NCBI GenBank assembly: GCA_963719515.1
Contig: CAVRCJ010000010.1
Location: forward strand, 736,001-800,000
Length of the DNA stretch: 64,000 nt
Source: an uncultured cyanobacterium
Lineage (GTDB): Bacteria; Cyanobacteriota; Cyanobacteriia; CAKZMO01
Direction of reading: 5' to 3'
The notes under the pieces are model-generated. The model saw only the letters and a list, made by a program, of their open reading frames with translations, ran no database searches and was not told the DNA's origin. Both the position numbers and the translations under genes were made by a program. Positions 19,341 to 29,122 of this stretch are shown piece by piece; positions within the stretch are counted from its first letter, which is position 1, and each line of letters opens with the position of its first letter.

Positions 19341-20540
19341 CTAAGCGGGGACAGCGTCGCGGGACAGGGCATCGCGGTAGATCCGATAAAAGTCCGCCTC
19401 CGTTACGGATCTAGGGTTCGAGGGGTGACAGCCGTCTGCCATCGCCACCGGCACCAGCCGCGCCACAGTTTCCGCCGACACCCCCAATGCTCCCAGCGAT
19501 GTCGGAATCCCGATCGCCTCCGACAGTGCCTCAATCCACTCAACAAACGCCGCCCCGCTGGTCGCTCCCGGCTGAACGACCCGCGCCAGCCGCAAAAATC
19601 GCTCCGGGTCCGCCTCTAAATTGAACCGCATCGCGGCAGGCAGCATCACCCCATTCGCCAATCCATGGTGGGTATCGCACACCGTCGACAGCGCGTGGGC
19701 GCAGGAATGGGTCACCCCCAACCCCTTTTGAAAGGCGATCGCCCCCATCATCGAGGCGTTGAGCATGCCGCTGCGGGCCGCCAGATGCGCTGCGGCCTCT
19801 TCATCACTGAGCGCTTCGCCAGCCCGTCGGGCAAACGCCACGCTGGGCTGCAGATGCTGAGCCACCAAATGAATCCCCTCCAGCGCAATCCCATCGCACA
19901 GCGGATTCACCCCCTTGGCCAAAAACGCCTCCACCAGGTGGGTCAGGGCATCCATCCCCGTCGCCGCCGTAATTTTCGCGGGCAATCCCACCAGTAGCTC
20001 CGGGTCCGCCAGCACCACCTTGGGCAGCAGCTGCGGGTCAAACATAATCTTCTTCGCGTGGGTCACATCGTCGGAAATCACCGTACTGCGCCCCACCTCA
20101 CTCCCCGTCCCCGCCGTGGTGGGAATCGCCACAATAGTCGGTACCGACTGGTCCACCGGCCTTGCGTCAGGTGCCCCGTCTTCGTAGTCGAATAAATGCC
20201 CCGGATGGTTGGCCATCAGAGCGATCGCCTTGGCCACATCCATAGGAGCCCCGCCCCCCACCGCCACAATACCGTCAGCGCTGTGCTCTTTCCAGGCCGC
20301 CAGCCCCGCCTCCACTTGAGAAACCACCGGGTTGCCCCACACGCCGCTAAAGGTTTGTGCTGCCGGTCCAGCGAAGTTGGCGACTTCGGTAAACCAGGGC
20401 AGGGTGGCCACGTCGCGATCGGTGACGATTAGGGGGCGATCGATGCCGAAGCTGTTCAAAGTTTGGGGCAATTCTGCGCGAGCGCCAGGGCCGAAGCGGA
20501 TTTTGGTGGGGAAGCCATAGGTGTGGATTTGAGGAGGCAT
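19341..20540 (-). CDS. Iron-containing alcohol dehydrogenase
   Basis: GGGAPMDVAK, PTTAGTGSE, DALTH, HSCAH, HHGLAN. Confidence 0.95.
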   Translation of the reverse strand: MPPQIHTYGFPTKIRFGPGARAELPQTLNSFGIDRPLIVTDRDVATLPWFTEVANFAGPAAQTFSGVWGNPVVSQVEAGLAAWKEHSADGIVAVGGGAPMDVAKAIALMANHPGHLFDYEDGAPDARPVDQSVPTIVAIPTTAGTGSEVGRSTVISDDVTHAKKIMFDPQLLPKVVLADPELLVGLPAKITAATGMDALTHLVEAFLAKGVNPLCDGIALEGIHLVAQHLQPSVAFARRAGEALSDEEAAAHLAARSGMLNASMMGAIAFQKGLGVTHSCAHALSTVCDTHHGLANGVMLPAAMRFNLEADPERFLRLARVVQPGATSGAAFVEWIEALSEAIGIPTSLGALGVSAETVARLVPVAMADGCHPSNPRSVTEADFYRIYRDALSRDAVPA

Positions 20541-20637
20541 GGATCTCCGATAAGAAGCACATTTGTAAGCGATCGCCGATTAGTCAAAGGTTGCCGACCC
20601 GTGACAGCTCGGACCGATACGAGCCAGATCACTTTTG

Positions 20638-20698
20638 GAGGGGGTCTGGGGGACGCAACCGTCCCCCAGCGGGGGTTTGGGGGCAAGCTGCCCCCAAG
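20638..20698. repeat. Double-hairpin G/C repeat (copy 1 of 3)
   Basis: CTGGGGGACG-CAAC-CGTCCCCCAG followed by TTGGGGGCA-AGC-TGCCCCCAA. Confidence 0.65.
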
Positions 20699-20902
20699 GC
20701 GATCGGTTTTTCATTCAACCGATCTCTCGCAAATGCCGCCAGATTAGTAAGGCCGTTTCATGGCTCGGGAGCATAGGAGCCCACGCCCCTGCCCTGGTTG
20801 TCAATATTGAATTGAACGGCAACATTTCCACAGGTCGAACATCGGGGTGGCGGGGTGTTTGATGGATCGCGGGGCATACGGTCGTACGCCCCTACCGTTG
20901 TT

Positions 20903-22228
20903 CTAAATATTGATATAGTGCGCCATCTCCCAATCCGTCACCCTTGTACTAAACTCCGACCACTCCTGCTCCTTAAACTCCAAAAACGTCTTCGTCCCCA
21001 ACTCCCCCATCATCCCCGTCAGCAAATCATCCTGCTTAAACGCCACCATCGCCTCAAACAGCGACCCTGGCAGCGTCTCCAAGTCCGGAAACTCCACCCC
21101 ACGGGAAAATAAATTTCCGTCGATGGGATCGCCGGGGTCCATTTGCTTCTCCATCCCGTCTAGCCCCGCCGCCAAGATTCCCGCCAGCGTCAAATACATC
21201 GTCGCCGCCCCATCCACCAGCCGACATTCAAACCGCCCCGCCTCCGGAATCCGCAGCATATGGGAGCGATTATTGCCGCCATAGGAGATGTAGCGCGGCG
21301 TCCAGGTGCTGCCCGAGGACGTGGTGCGGGCCTGCAGTCGCCGGTAAGAGTTCACCGTCGGGGCAAACAAGGCAGTCAGCCCCTTGGCGTGGGCCATCAC
21401 CCCCGCCAAAAACTGATAGCCCAGAGGCGACAAGCCCCCCTCATCAGCCCCCTCATCAAAGACATTAGTCTCCCCCTGCCACAGGCTGTTGTGCACATGG
21501 CCGCCGCTGCCCGTAATGTGGCTAAACGGCTTGGGCATAAAGGTGGCCACCAGGCCTCGCTGCTCCGCCAAAGTCTTGACCATGTACTTAAAAAACACGT
21601 GGCGATCGCCCGTGGTGCGCGCATCGGCATAGCCCCAGTTGAGCTCAAACTGGCCGTTGGCGTCCTCGTGGTCGCACTGGTAAGGCTCCCAGCCCAGGTC
21701 TTCCATGTAGCCCACGACCTGAGAGATTAGGTCGAACTGCCGCATCAAGTTGAGCTGGTCGTAGCAGGGCCGCTCGGCGGTGTCGCGATCGTCGGCAACG
21801 ACGTAGCCTGTATCCGTTTGCTTCAGCAAGAAAAACTCGGCCTCCACCCCCGCTTTGTAGGTGTAGCCCAGCCCAGCGCACTGGCTCATCGTCTGATTTA
21901 ATATAGTGCGCGGTGCCGCCGGAAACGGCTCGCCCTCAAAGTACACATCGCTAGCCACCCAGCCCACCGTAGGCTCCCAGGGCAGCTGAATCAGGGAGTC
22001 GGGGTCGGGGATGGCGGCGATTTCGGCGGCTTCGGGACCTAGTCCCAAATTGGAGGCAAAGGCGGCGAAGAAAGCCCCATCTTTTTCCACGGAGGCAATC
22101 TTAGCGGCGGGGACCAACTTGGCGCGAGTGCCGCCGAGCAGGTCTGTATAGGATACCAGGAAAAACTTGAGGCCAAGCTCCTTAGCTTTTTCTTCCAGGC
22201 GGCTCGTCTGCTTTAGAGTTCCAACCAT
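20903..22228 (-). CDS. GlnT-like glutamine synthetase family ligase (probable gamma-glutamylamide synthetase)
   Basis: RAKLVPA, GVEAEFFL, DHEDANGQFELN, FMPKPF, GSGGHVH, NRSHMLRIP, RFECR. Confidence 0.9.
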   Translation of the reverse strand: MVGTLKQTSRLEEKAKELGLKFFLVSYTDLLGGTRAKLVPAAKIASVEKDGAFFAAFASNLGLGPEAAEIAAIPDPDSLIQLPWEPTVGWVASDVYFEGEPFPAAPRTILNQTMSQCAGLGYTYKAGVEAEFFLLKQTDTGYVVADDRDTAERPCYDQLNLMRQFDLISQVVGYMEDLGWEPYQCDHEDANGQFELNWGYADARTTGDRHVFFKYMVKTLAEQRGLVATFMPKPFSHITGSGGHVHNSLWQGETNVFDEGADEGGLSPLGYQFLAGVMAHAKGLTALFAPTVNSYRRLQARTTSSGSTWTPRYISYGGNNRSHMLRIPEAGRFECRLVDGAATMYLTLAGILAAGLDGMEKQMDPGDPIDGNLFSRGVEFPDLETLPGSLFEAMVAFKQDDLLTGMMGELGTKTFLEFKEQEWSEFSTRVTDWEMAHYINI

Positions 22229-22296
22229 AATGTTCTAGCTGTGGCAGTGGTTCCGGGGCGTTGCCCCCAGTAAACCAAGCTTGGGTAGCCCTATTT

Positions 22297-22310
22297 GTAG
22301 CGTCAGCTAC
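22297..22310. promoter_or_regulatory. NtcA box between divergent genes
   Basis: GTA-GCGTCAGC-TAC, perfect GTA-N8-TAC. Confidence 0.7.
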
Positions 22311-22351
22311 GGGTTAACCGCCGAATCAGCCCTTTAATAGGGGCGAGGATT

Positions 22352-23089
22352 TTGAGGGGCGATCGCTTGGATATTCTGGTCATTCAAAGCAGCGAACTCG
22401 ACCCCATTGGACTATTGGGAGAGTTTCTAGAAGCCAAAGGGGCCACCCTTCACCCGTGGCTACCGCTGCAGCAGCCCCAAATTCCTGTGGCCAGCGACTA
22501 CCAAAGCCTAATCGTACTCGGCGGCTCCATGCACGCCGGGGACGACAGCGGCTTTCCCCACCTGCGCCAAGTGGTCGAACTCATCCACCAGTTCCACGCC
22601 GCCCAAAAGCCCATCATGGGCATTTGCCTGGGGGCGCAGCTCATTGCCCGCACCTTTGGGGCCAGAGTCTATCAACACACCGCCCCCGAGCTTGGGTTCA
22701 CCCCCGTCAACATTCACCCCAACGTCACCCAGCCCTGGCTCAAATGCCTACCGCCCCAGCTCCACCTGATGCAGTGGCACTTCGACACCTTCGACCTCCC
22801 CCCCGGCGCAACCCTGCTGATGTCGAACCAAACCTGCCGCCACCAAGCCTACTGCATTGGACCCAACATATACGGCTTTCAGTTTCACCTAGAAGTAACG
22901 CCCGCAATCGTCAAAGACTGGCTAGCCGACAAAAACGATTGGATCGAGACCAACTACCCCAACCTCGACAAAACCGTCCTGCAGCAGTTAAACGACCACT
23001 GGTCCACCTCCACCTGCTTCGCAAATGTCCTAGTAACAGAGTGGATCGCTCTGATCAAACGCTCTGCCTCAGCTAAACCATTGAGCTAA
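22352..23089 (+). CDS. Class I glutamine amidotransferase (probable gamma-glutamyl hydrolase)
   Basis: GICLGAQL, QWHFD, FQFHLE triad motifs. Confidence 0.9.
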   Translation: MRGDRLDILVIQSSELDPIGLLGEFLEAKGATLHPWLPLQQPQIPVASDYQSLIVLGGSMHAGDDSGFPHLRQVVELIHQFHAAQKPIMGICLGAQLIARTFGARVYQHTAPELGFTPVNIHPNVTQPWLKCLPPQLHLMQWHFDTFDLPPGATLLMSNQTCRHQAYCIGPNIYGFQFHLEVTPAIVKDWLADKNDWIETNYPNLDKTVLQQLNDHWSTSTCFANVLVTEWIALIKRSASAKPLS

Positions 23090-23127
23090 ACGAAAACCCA
23101 ACACCCCTGTTACGAAACGCCTTATGC

Positions 23128-23189
23128 AGGGGGCCTCTGGGGGAGGCATCTCGTCCCCCAGACAGGGGGTTTGGGGGCCAAGCCCCCAA
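23128..23189. repeat. Double-hairpin G/C repeat (copy 2 of 3)
   Basis: CTGGGGGAGGCATCTCGTCCCCCAG…TTGGGGGCCAAGCCCCCAA. Confidence 0.65.
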
Positions 23190-23299
23190 GCACAGTTTGC
23201 ATCTTTACCTAAACCATTCGTATCCTCTACCTTCCAAATTTTGCGGTGCGTCGCTGCGCTGACAGCACCCTACATTTGTTCATTCCACCCGCATCAACT

Positions 23300-24661
23300 A
23301 TGTACCCCAATCTCCAACCCCTAACCCCGGAACTCCAATCCCTCCACGACAGCTTAAAAGATCGCGGCGTCAAATACGCCATGGCCAGCTTCGTCGACAT
23401 CCACGGCATGTGCAAAGGCAAAATCGTCCCTCTAACCCACTTCGACCGCATGATCCAGGGCTCCGAGCTATTCACCGGCGCAGCCCTAGACGGCGTCCCT
23501 CAGGAAATCAACGACGACGAAGTGGGCACCATGCCCGACCCCGACAGCGCTACGGTGCTGCCCTGGAACCCCGAAATCGCCTGGTTCGCCAGCGACCTCT
23601 ATCTCCACGAAAAGCCCTTCGATGCCTGCTGCCGCACCATTCTCAAGCGCACGCTCAAGCAGGCCGCCGACATGGGCTACTGCTTCAATCTAGGCATCGA
23701 AACCGAATTCTTTATCTTCAAAGAAACTGAGAATGGCTTTGCCCCCATCAGCGATCGCGACACGCTGCCCAAAGCCGCCTACGCCTTGCCCACCGTCTTA
23801 GACAACTACAAAATATTAGACCGCATCGTCAGCGCCATGAACGACCTGGGCTGGGACGTCTACTCCTTCGACCACGAAGACGCCCAGGGCCAGTTCGAAA
23901 CCGACTTCACCTACTGCGACGCCCTCAAAATGGCGGACCGGCTTACCTTTTTCCGCTTCATGGTCAAAGAGCTAGCCCGCGAGCAGGGCTATTTCGCCAG
24001 CTTCATGCCCAAGCCTTACGCCAACCAAACCGGCAGCGGTGCCCACTACAACATGTCCTTGGCCGACCTAGAAACGGGCAAGAACCTATTCCAGGACAAT
24101 GAAGACTCCTGCGGGCTATCCAAGCTGGGCTACCAATTCATTGCCGGAGTACTGAAACATGCCAAAGCGATCGTGGCGGTGACCTGCCCTACGGTAAACA
24201 GCTACAAGCGGCTGGTGCGTCAGGGCAGCATGTCCGGCTTCACCTGGGCTCCGGTATACGTGTGCTACGGCGGCAACAACCGCACCAACATGCTGCGCAT
24301 CCCCATGGGGGGCGGGCGCGTAGAGTGCCGCGCCGCTGATATTTCCACGAACCTCTACCTCGGCGCGGCGATGATTCTGGCGGCGGGGTTAGAGGGCATC
24401 CGCGAGGGGCTAGACCCTGGCCATCCCCACCGGGAGAACATGTACGAGTATTCCCTGGAAGAGTTAGAGGAGATGGGCATCGATACGCTGCCCCAGACTC
24501 TCGGGGAGGCGATCGCCGACTTTGCCGCTGACCCGCTGAGCGAGGCGGTGATGGGGCCGCTGATGTACCGCACCTATGTAGACTTCAAGACCCAGGAGTG
24601 GCAGGAGTACCACAGCCATGTTTCAGATTGGGAGATTCAGCGCTATCTCAAGTTTTTCTAG
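23300..24661 (+). CDS. Second GlnT-like glutamine synthetase family ligase
   Basis: KGKIVP, GIETEFF, DHEDAQGQFE, FMPKP, NNRTNMLRIP, RVECR. Confidence 0.9.
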   Translation: MYPNLQPLTPELQSLHDSLKDRGVKYAMASFVDIHGMCKGKIVPLTHFDRMIQGSELFTGAALDGVPQEINDDEVGTMPDPDSATVLPWNPEIAWFASDLYLHEKPFDACCRTILKRTLKQAADMGYCFNLGIETEFFIFKETENGFAPISDRDTLPKAAYALPTVLDNYKILDRIVSAMNDLGWDVYSFDHEDAQGQFETDFTYCDALKMADRLTFFRFMVKELAREQGYFASFMPKPYANQTGSGAHYNMSLADLETGKNLFQDNEDSCGLSKLGYQFIAGVLKHAKAIVAVTCPTVNSYKRLVRQGSMSGFTWAPVYVCYGGNNRTNMLRIPMGGGRVECRAADISTNLYLGAAMILAAGLEGIREGLDPGHPHRENMYEYSLEELEEMGIDTLPQTLGEAIADFAADPLSEAVMGPLMYRTYVDFKTQEWQEYHSHVSDWEIQRYLKFF

Positions 24662-24831
24662 GACTTGAGAGCTTAGATACGGGCTGCTTGCTGCGGGCCA
24701 CGCCCTATTGCGTTGGCGCTGCCGCTTAAGGCAACCCGTTTGGCCAGAAGCCTGACCGTGTGTGAGACAGCGCGCGCAAATGTCCTAACAACTCAGGACA
24801 TTTGCTGTAGGACTTCAACTGGCCAAATGCG

Positions 24832-26093
24832 TCATTCCGGTGTCCTCTGGAGTTGCTGTTGGTATAGCCCAACCCATGTCTCTTCCTCCGGAATGCTGCG
24901 ATCGGCATTGCGAACACAGCTTTGCCAAGGTTCAGACGCCCTCGTAGGCTGCCACGCGCCATAAGCTAGCGCCAGCAGACAGTACGCCGCCGCCCGCTCC
25001 CCCTCTAGAATTGCTTGGTCAAGCGCGATCGCCTGCTCCAGCCCCTGCGCCGCCTCCCGGTAATTCCCCTGCTGTAGCCGCGCCCAGCCTAAATTCTTCA
25101 GCAGGTCATAGCTGGCCTCAGCGATGGCGGGGTCGCTCTCCACCAAGGCCAGGTCAATCTGGGCATCGGTCTTCACCAGCAGCGAAGCTGCTTTTGCCGC
25201 CTCATCGTTCAAAATATGCAGCCGCGCCAAGTTATTGTGGGCGTTCAACCACACTACCTGCGACACGTCTTCGCGATCCGCTTCCACCACATACTGGTAC
25301 TGGGCGATCGCTTTGTCTTCCTGGTCCAAGTCTTCGTACGCCAGCCCCAGATTGAAGTGAGCCTCAGTGTAGTCGGGCTGCAGCGCTAGCGCCGTCTGAA
25401 AAGCCCTCACCGCGCTGTCGAGTTGGCGGGTCTCGAAATTCTGCTGACCCCACGTGTTGTACCAAGTGGATATCAACAGCAGCGATGCGTGGATGCCCGC
25501 CACTAGCAAAAACAGTCCTCCTGAGGCAAAGCTATTCCACTTGGGCCACTCCGCCTTAGCAAGATTGCGGCCCTCTAAAAACTGTTCCCAGCCTTCTCTC
25601 CCCGAAGCGGTTAGCGCCCCTTTCCCAGCCACGAGGGTAAGGAGCGCTTGAACGACGATAGGAAATGTGCCGGTGGTGGCAATGCCCTGCGCCGCGAAAC
25701 GAGACGCCGCATTTAAGACGAGGCTAGCGGAAGCGGCAAGAAAAATGATAGATAGGCTGTTCCAAACCCAATTGAGCCTAGCAGGTGGTTGGGGTGGCGC
25801 TGGCCACCCCAACCACCTGCCTCAGGAGGAAAATCGCTTCGCCAGTGAGCTTCTAGGGCCTTGAGCTTAGCTTCACTTGCCTTAACGCGCTGATCCGCGC
25901 CGTCCAGCTGCACCAAATCGCGCCCGGAAATTACTGCTGAGGCTGCCAGGATTTCCTGTAGGCGATCGCGGACGACAAGCGCGTCTAGCAGCTGCGCTTG
26001 GGAGGGCTGGGGAACTGCTTCTATAGTGGCGATCGCTTTTTCGTAGCGCGCTAGAAGCTGAGAGAGAGAATCGCTTTTAGAAGGGTGCTGCAT
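24832..26093 (-). pseudogene. Membrane TPR protein frameshifted at ~25810
   Basis: N-terminus MQHPSK…LVVRDRLQ…HWRSDFPPEA in one frame, then WPAPP…LNWVWNSLS…TPR in the next; total length is 3n+2. Confidence 0.7.
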
Positions 26094-26191
26094 CGGATAA
26101 AACCGCAGGCAGAGACTATTCTCTAAGAATAGGCGCAAAAAAGGGGCGCGGTATACTACGCCCCTCACGTCACTATAAAACGTCACTGTTG

Positions 26192-26612
26192 CTAGCGAAA
26201 CCGCCTTGTCTTGCCGCCCTGGCGTCGGCGCGGTCTTGAGCGGCGCGCCGCACCGATCGCCAGTCAGGCCCAGCAGCATAGCGGGGATGGTCTGAGTACG
26301 GGACGACATGCGCTGCGTCTGGGCCTCCGCTGGCGCAATAGGGCGAGTCGGCTGACGGAATTCTGCCGATACCAGCGACAGCAGCCCCACCGTAATCAGC
26401 ATGCTCAAGCTGTTGAGGGACTTGTCTATCTTGGGCACGTTGTGATGCGTCGCGTAGGTTCTCGTAAGGAACCAAATAAAGAGAGCCACAGAGGCAATAA
26501 GGGCGATGGTGTTGAGAACAGGGGTATGGGCAAAGGTGTAAATCGCCCCCTCCGTCGGTCCCTCCAGGACGCCATTGAATTCATCAATGGTTTCAAATGG
26601 ACTAGCAGCCAT
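26192..26612 (-). CDS. Small membrane protein downstream of amt; apparent +1 frameshift near 26258
   Basis: MAASPFET…GAIYTFA, hydrophobic segments; removing one base gives …GIGAARRSRPRRR…FR*. Confidence 0.55.
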
Positions 26613-26699
26613 GTATCAATCTCCTTAAACGATATAGATACCTTTTGGGTTGAGTGAGGGATACAGGCACTGCCATATCCCTATTCATGAACTAGCAGG

Positions 26700-28091
26700 C
26701 TATTTGACGGCGACATGAGGCGCAGAGCCAGGAACTGTAGTGACATCGCCGGAGTCAGCCATGATGGCGTACTCAGGGTAGCCCTGCATCCGAAAGTCAG
26801 CGATATCGAGACCGATGATTTCCTCCTCCTCAGGAACCCGCAGCATGTTGAGCTTCTTGAGCACAAAGCTGACGCCGTACCCTGGGATGAAGCCCAGAAG
26901 GATAGTACAAACCAAAGTGCCCACAAGCTGGCCAACAAAGCCCGTTAGGGGAATGCCTTCCCCTTGGGGATAGCCTGTCGCCATCACACCGACTGCCATT
27001 GCGCCGATTACGCCGCAGTAGCCATGGACCGCAAACGCGCCTACCGCATCATCAATACCCGCTTTTTCAATGGCGCTACCGACAAAGGGCATGGTGTAAG
27101 CGCCGATGAAGGCAATTAGGATGACGATGGGGGGGCTGTACAGATCTAGGCCAGCGCCCACGGAGATGATGCCCGCTAGACCGCCCGAAATCGTAAAGAA
27201 GGGATCGGCCTTGGAGCCCATATAAGCGCCGACAATACCTGCCGTGAGGGCCAGAGTCGTGTTGACGCCGACAGACGCCAGGGTCATGGGCGTGCCGTAG
27301 ATGGTGGTTTCGCTCGTTTGACCCGGCGTGAAGATGACGCAACCCGCCAAAAAGGCATAGAAACCTACGAAAATCAGCATCAGGCCCACCATCGTCAGCG
27401 GCAAATTGTGGGGCAAAATTGCTCTGGGGTTGCCGTTTTCGTCAAACTTGCCAATGCGAGGCCCGAGGTTGATCAGCACGCCCAGGGCAAAGAAGCCAGA
27501 CACGCCGTGCAGCACAGCAGAGCAGCCAAAGTCGTGGTAGCCAAACTCGGTTAGGAACCAGCCGTAGGGATTCCAGCCCCAGGCGGCGGCCACAACCCAG
27601 GTAAAAGAGCCTAAGATGATAGCCAAAATGCCGTAAGCGCCGACCTTAATGCGCTCAATCACCGCACCCGAAAGGATGGAGGCGGTCGTCATCGCAAAGA
27701 GGGCGAACGCAAACCAGAACACGCCGGTTAGGTTGTCGGCAATGTTGGGACCTAGGGCCGGCGACCAAGGGTAAGAAGCCTGCACCAGTCCTAAGACCTC
27801 ACCCACAGTGCCTTCAGCATCGGGACTGGTCCAAGGTCCGACAACGCCTCCCGTGAGCGGAAACAGCGGAAAGGCGTTGTACACCCACCAGCCGAAGAAG
27901 AAGAAGGTGAGGCCGACTAATGATAATGTCAGCAGGTTCTTCACCATAGTGGCGAGAACGTTCTTTGAGCGGGAGGCCCCGCCTTCGTAGGCCAAAAAGC
28001 CCACGTGAATCAAAAGCATAAATACAGAGGCCCAATAGTAATAGGACTCTGCGACAAAGGTCGCCAGAAACTCTTGCGATTCAGGAGACAT
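26700..28091 (-). CDS. amt: Ammonium/amine transporter (Amt family)
   Basis: ILSGAVIER, YHDFGCSAVLH, LGPRIGKF, IDDAVGAFAVHG. Confidence 0.93.
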   Translation of the reverse strand: MSPESQEFLATFVAESYYYWASVFMLLIHVGFLAYEGGASRSKNVLATMVKNLLTLSLVGLTFFFFGWWVYNAFPLFPLTGGVVGPWTSPDAEGTVGEVLGLVQASYPWSPALGPNIADNLTGVFWFAFALFAMTTASILSGAVIERIKVGAYGILAIILGSFTWVVAAAWGWNPYGWFLTEFGYHDFGCSAVLHGVSGFFALGVLINLGPRIGKFDENGNPRAILPHNLPLTMVGLMLIFVGFYAFLAGCVIFTPGQTSETTIYGTPMTLASVGVNTTLALTAGIVGAYMGSKADPFFTISGGLAGIISVGAGLDLYSPPIVILIAFIGAYTMPFVGSAIEKAGIDDAVGAFAVHGYCGVIGAMAVGVMATGYPQGEGIPLTGFVGQLVGTLVCTILLGFIPGYGVSFVLKKLNMLRVPEEEEIIGLDIADFRMQGYPEYAIMADSGDVTTVPGSAPHVAVK

Positions 28092-28438
28092 AGGACAAAC
28101 CTCTCCTCGGTTTTGATGATGATCAGAAGACAGAAACTTGACGGCAATCAATAGTGCGAAGTCTTTGAAGGACTATGCTTCAGAGCGACTTACTCTACAG
28201 CTTCCTTCAGACAAACTTACAGGCTGTAGGTCAGCGCAGCACCATTCGAACTGAAGCCAAGCCTGCAAAAACTGAAATGTCTTTGTAGTAGCCTTGATGC
28301 TGCCGCTAAACTGCTTTAGAGAGGCCTAAAGCAGGCTTTCAGACTGAGGTATTGTCACCATTTCTTGATGGACAACTCTCTATCTCAAATGGATGCGCTT
28401 GTAGCTTAAACACAGCTTGCCTGACTATCGCTATAGAC

Positions 28439-28495
28439 AGTTGTTGTACCAAGAGTTTGCAACTCAACAGCGCTAGCGACTGTGCCAACAGCTAC
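28439..28495 (-). promoter_or_regulatory. Possible NtcA box and degenerate operator upstream of amt
   Basis: Minus-strand GTA-N8-CAC at 28482-28495; GTTGTTGTACCAAG 28440-28453 (3 mismatches to CTTGTTATAACAAG). Confidence 0.4.
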
Positions 28496-28613
28496 CAAAT
28501 AAGAACTTCCTGAAACAGAATATTGGAGCTAATGCGGCCAAGCCAACAGGCAAGACGGTTCGGGAACGCTCAGAGTTCTATTGCTGAATTGTGAAACTCT
28601 AAAGTAAGGCGAG

Positions 28614-29117
28614 CTAGGCGGATAGGGCGTCCAGTAACGTCAGAACCTTATCGGCATCGCTACGGGGAAGGTGCACCTCCAAAGTGGGTCTGCCGCCGAC
28701 TGTATGCCGCCACAGGAGCACTGCAACGCCCTCTATTTGAGCCGGGGCCGCGCAGTTGGCGGGCAGATCAAGTCGGTGGGGCGGGCGCACCGTGGCGCAG
28801 TCCCGCAGCGTCGGGAATAGCTCATCCGGCAGGGCGATCGCCCGCATCCAGTCCAGCTGCTTCACCCAGACGCTAGCCTCTAGAGATTCCACAATCTGCG
28901 CCAGCGGCCCCGAATAGCCCAGGCGAAAATTGCGATCGCACAGCCGCAGCACTGAGCAAGGTGCGCCCTGAAGCGTGGTCTCCAAAGACTGGAACGGGGC
29001 CAGCTGGTCCACCGCCTCGCCAAACAGCGCTCGCGCTGCGGAAAGTCCGTCTCGCCCCGCCATGTCCCAAGAAGCCATGCTGACTGCCCTTACTGAACTG
29101 ACTGCCTCTGTTGTCAT
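28614..29117 (-). CDS. Small protein resembling sarcosine oxidase gamma / GcvT N-terminal fold
   Basis: WDMAGRDG…CSVLRLCDRNFRL…AQIEGVAVLLWR; directly follows the GcvT-domain gene. Confidence 0.5.
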   Translation of the reverse strand: MTTEAVSSVRAVSMASWDMAGRDGLSAARALFGEAVDQLAPFQSLETTLQGAPCSVLRLCDRNFRLGYSGPLAQIVESLEASVWVKQLDWMRAIALPDELFPTLRDCATVRPPHRLDLPANCAAPAQIEGVAVLLWRHTVGGRPTLEVHLPRSDADKVLTLLDALSA

Positions 29118-29122
29118 CGCCT

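Noticed and set aside
20903..24661. Housekeeping glnA
   Set aside because: The sequences lack GSI signatures (FDGSS, adenylylation-region motif) and resemble GlnT-like ligases; no symbol given
25713..26612. 299-aa ORF in the track as a single protein
   Set aside because: It appears to be a chimera of the small membrane gene, intergenic DNA and the TPR gene N-terminus, joined through frameshifts
28141..28260. Glutamine or guanidine riboswitch upstream of amt
   Set aside because: Only fragments resemble the glnA motif (GTAAG…TGAAGGAA); the GGAAGTA core and closing stem were not found, nor were guanidine-I motifs
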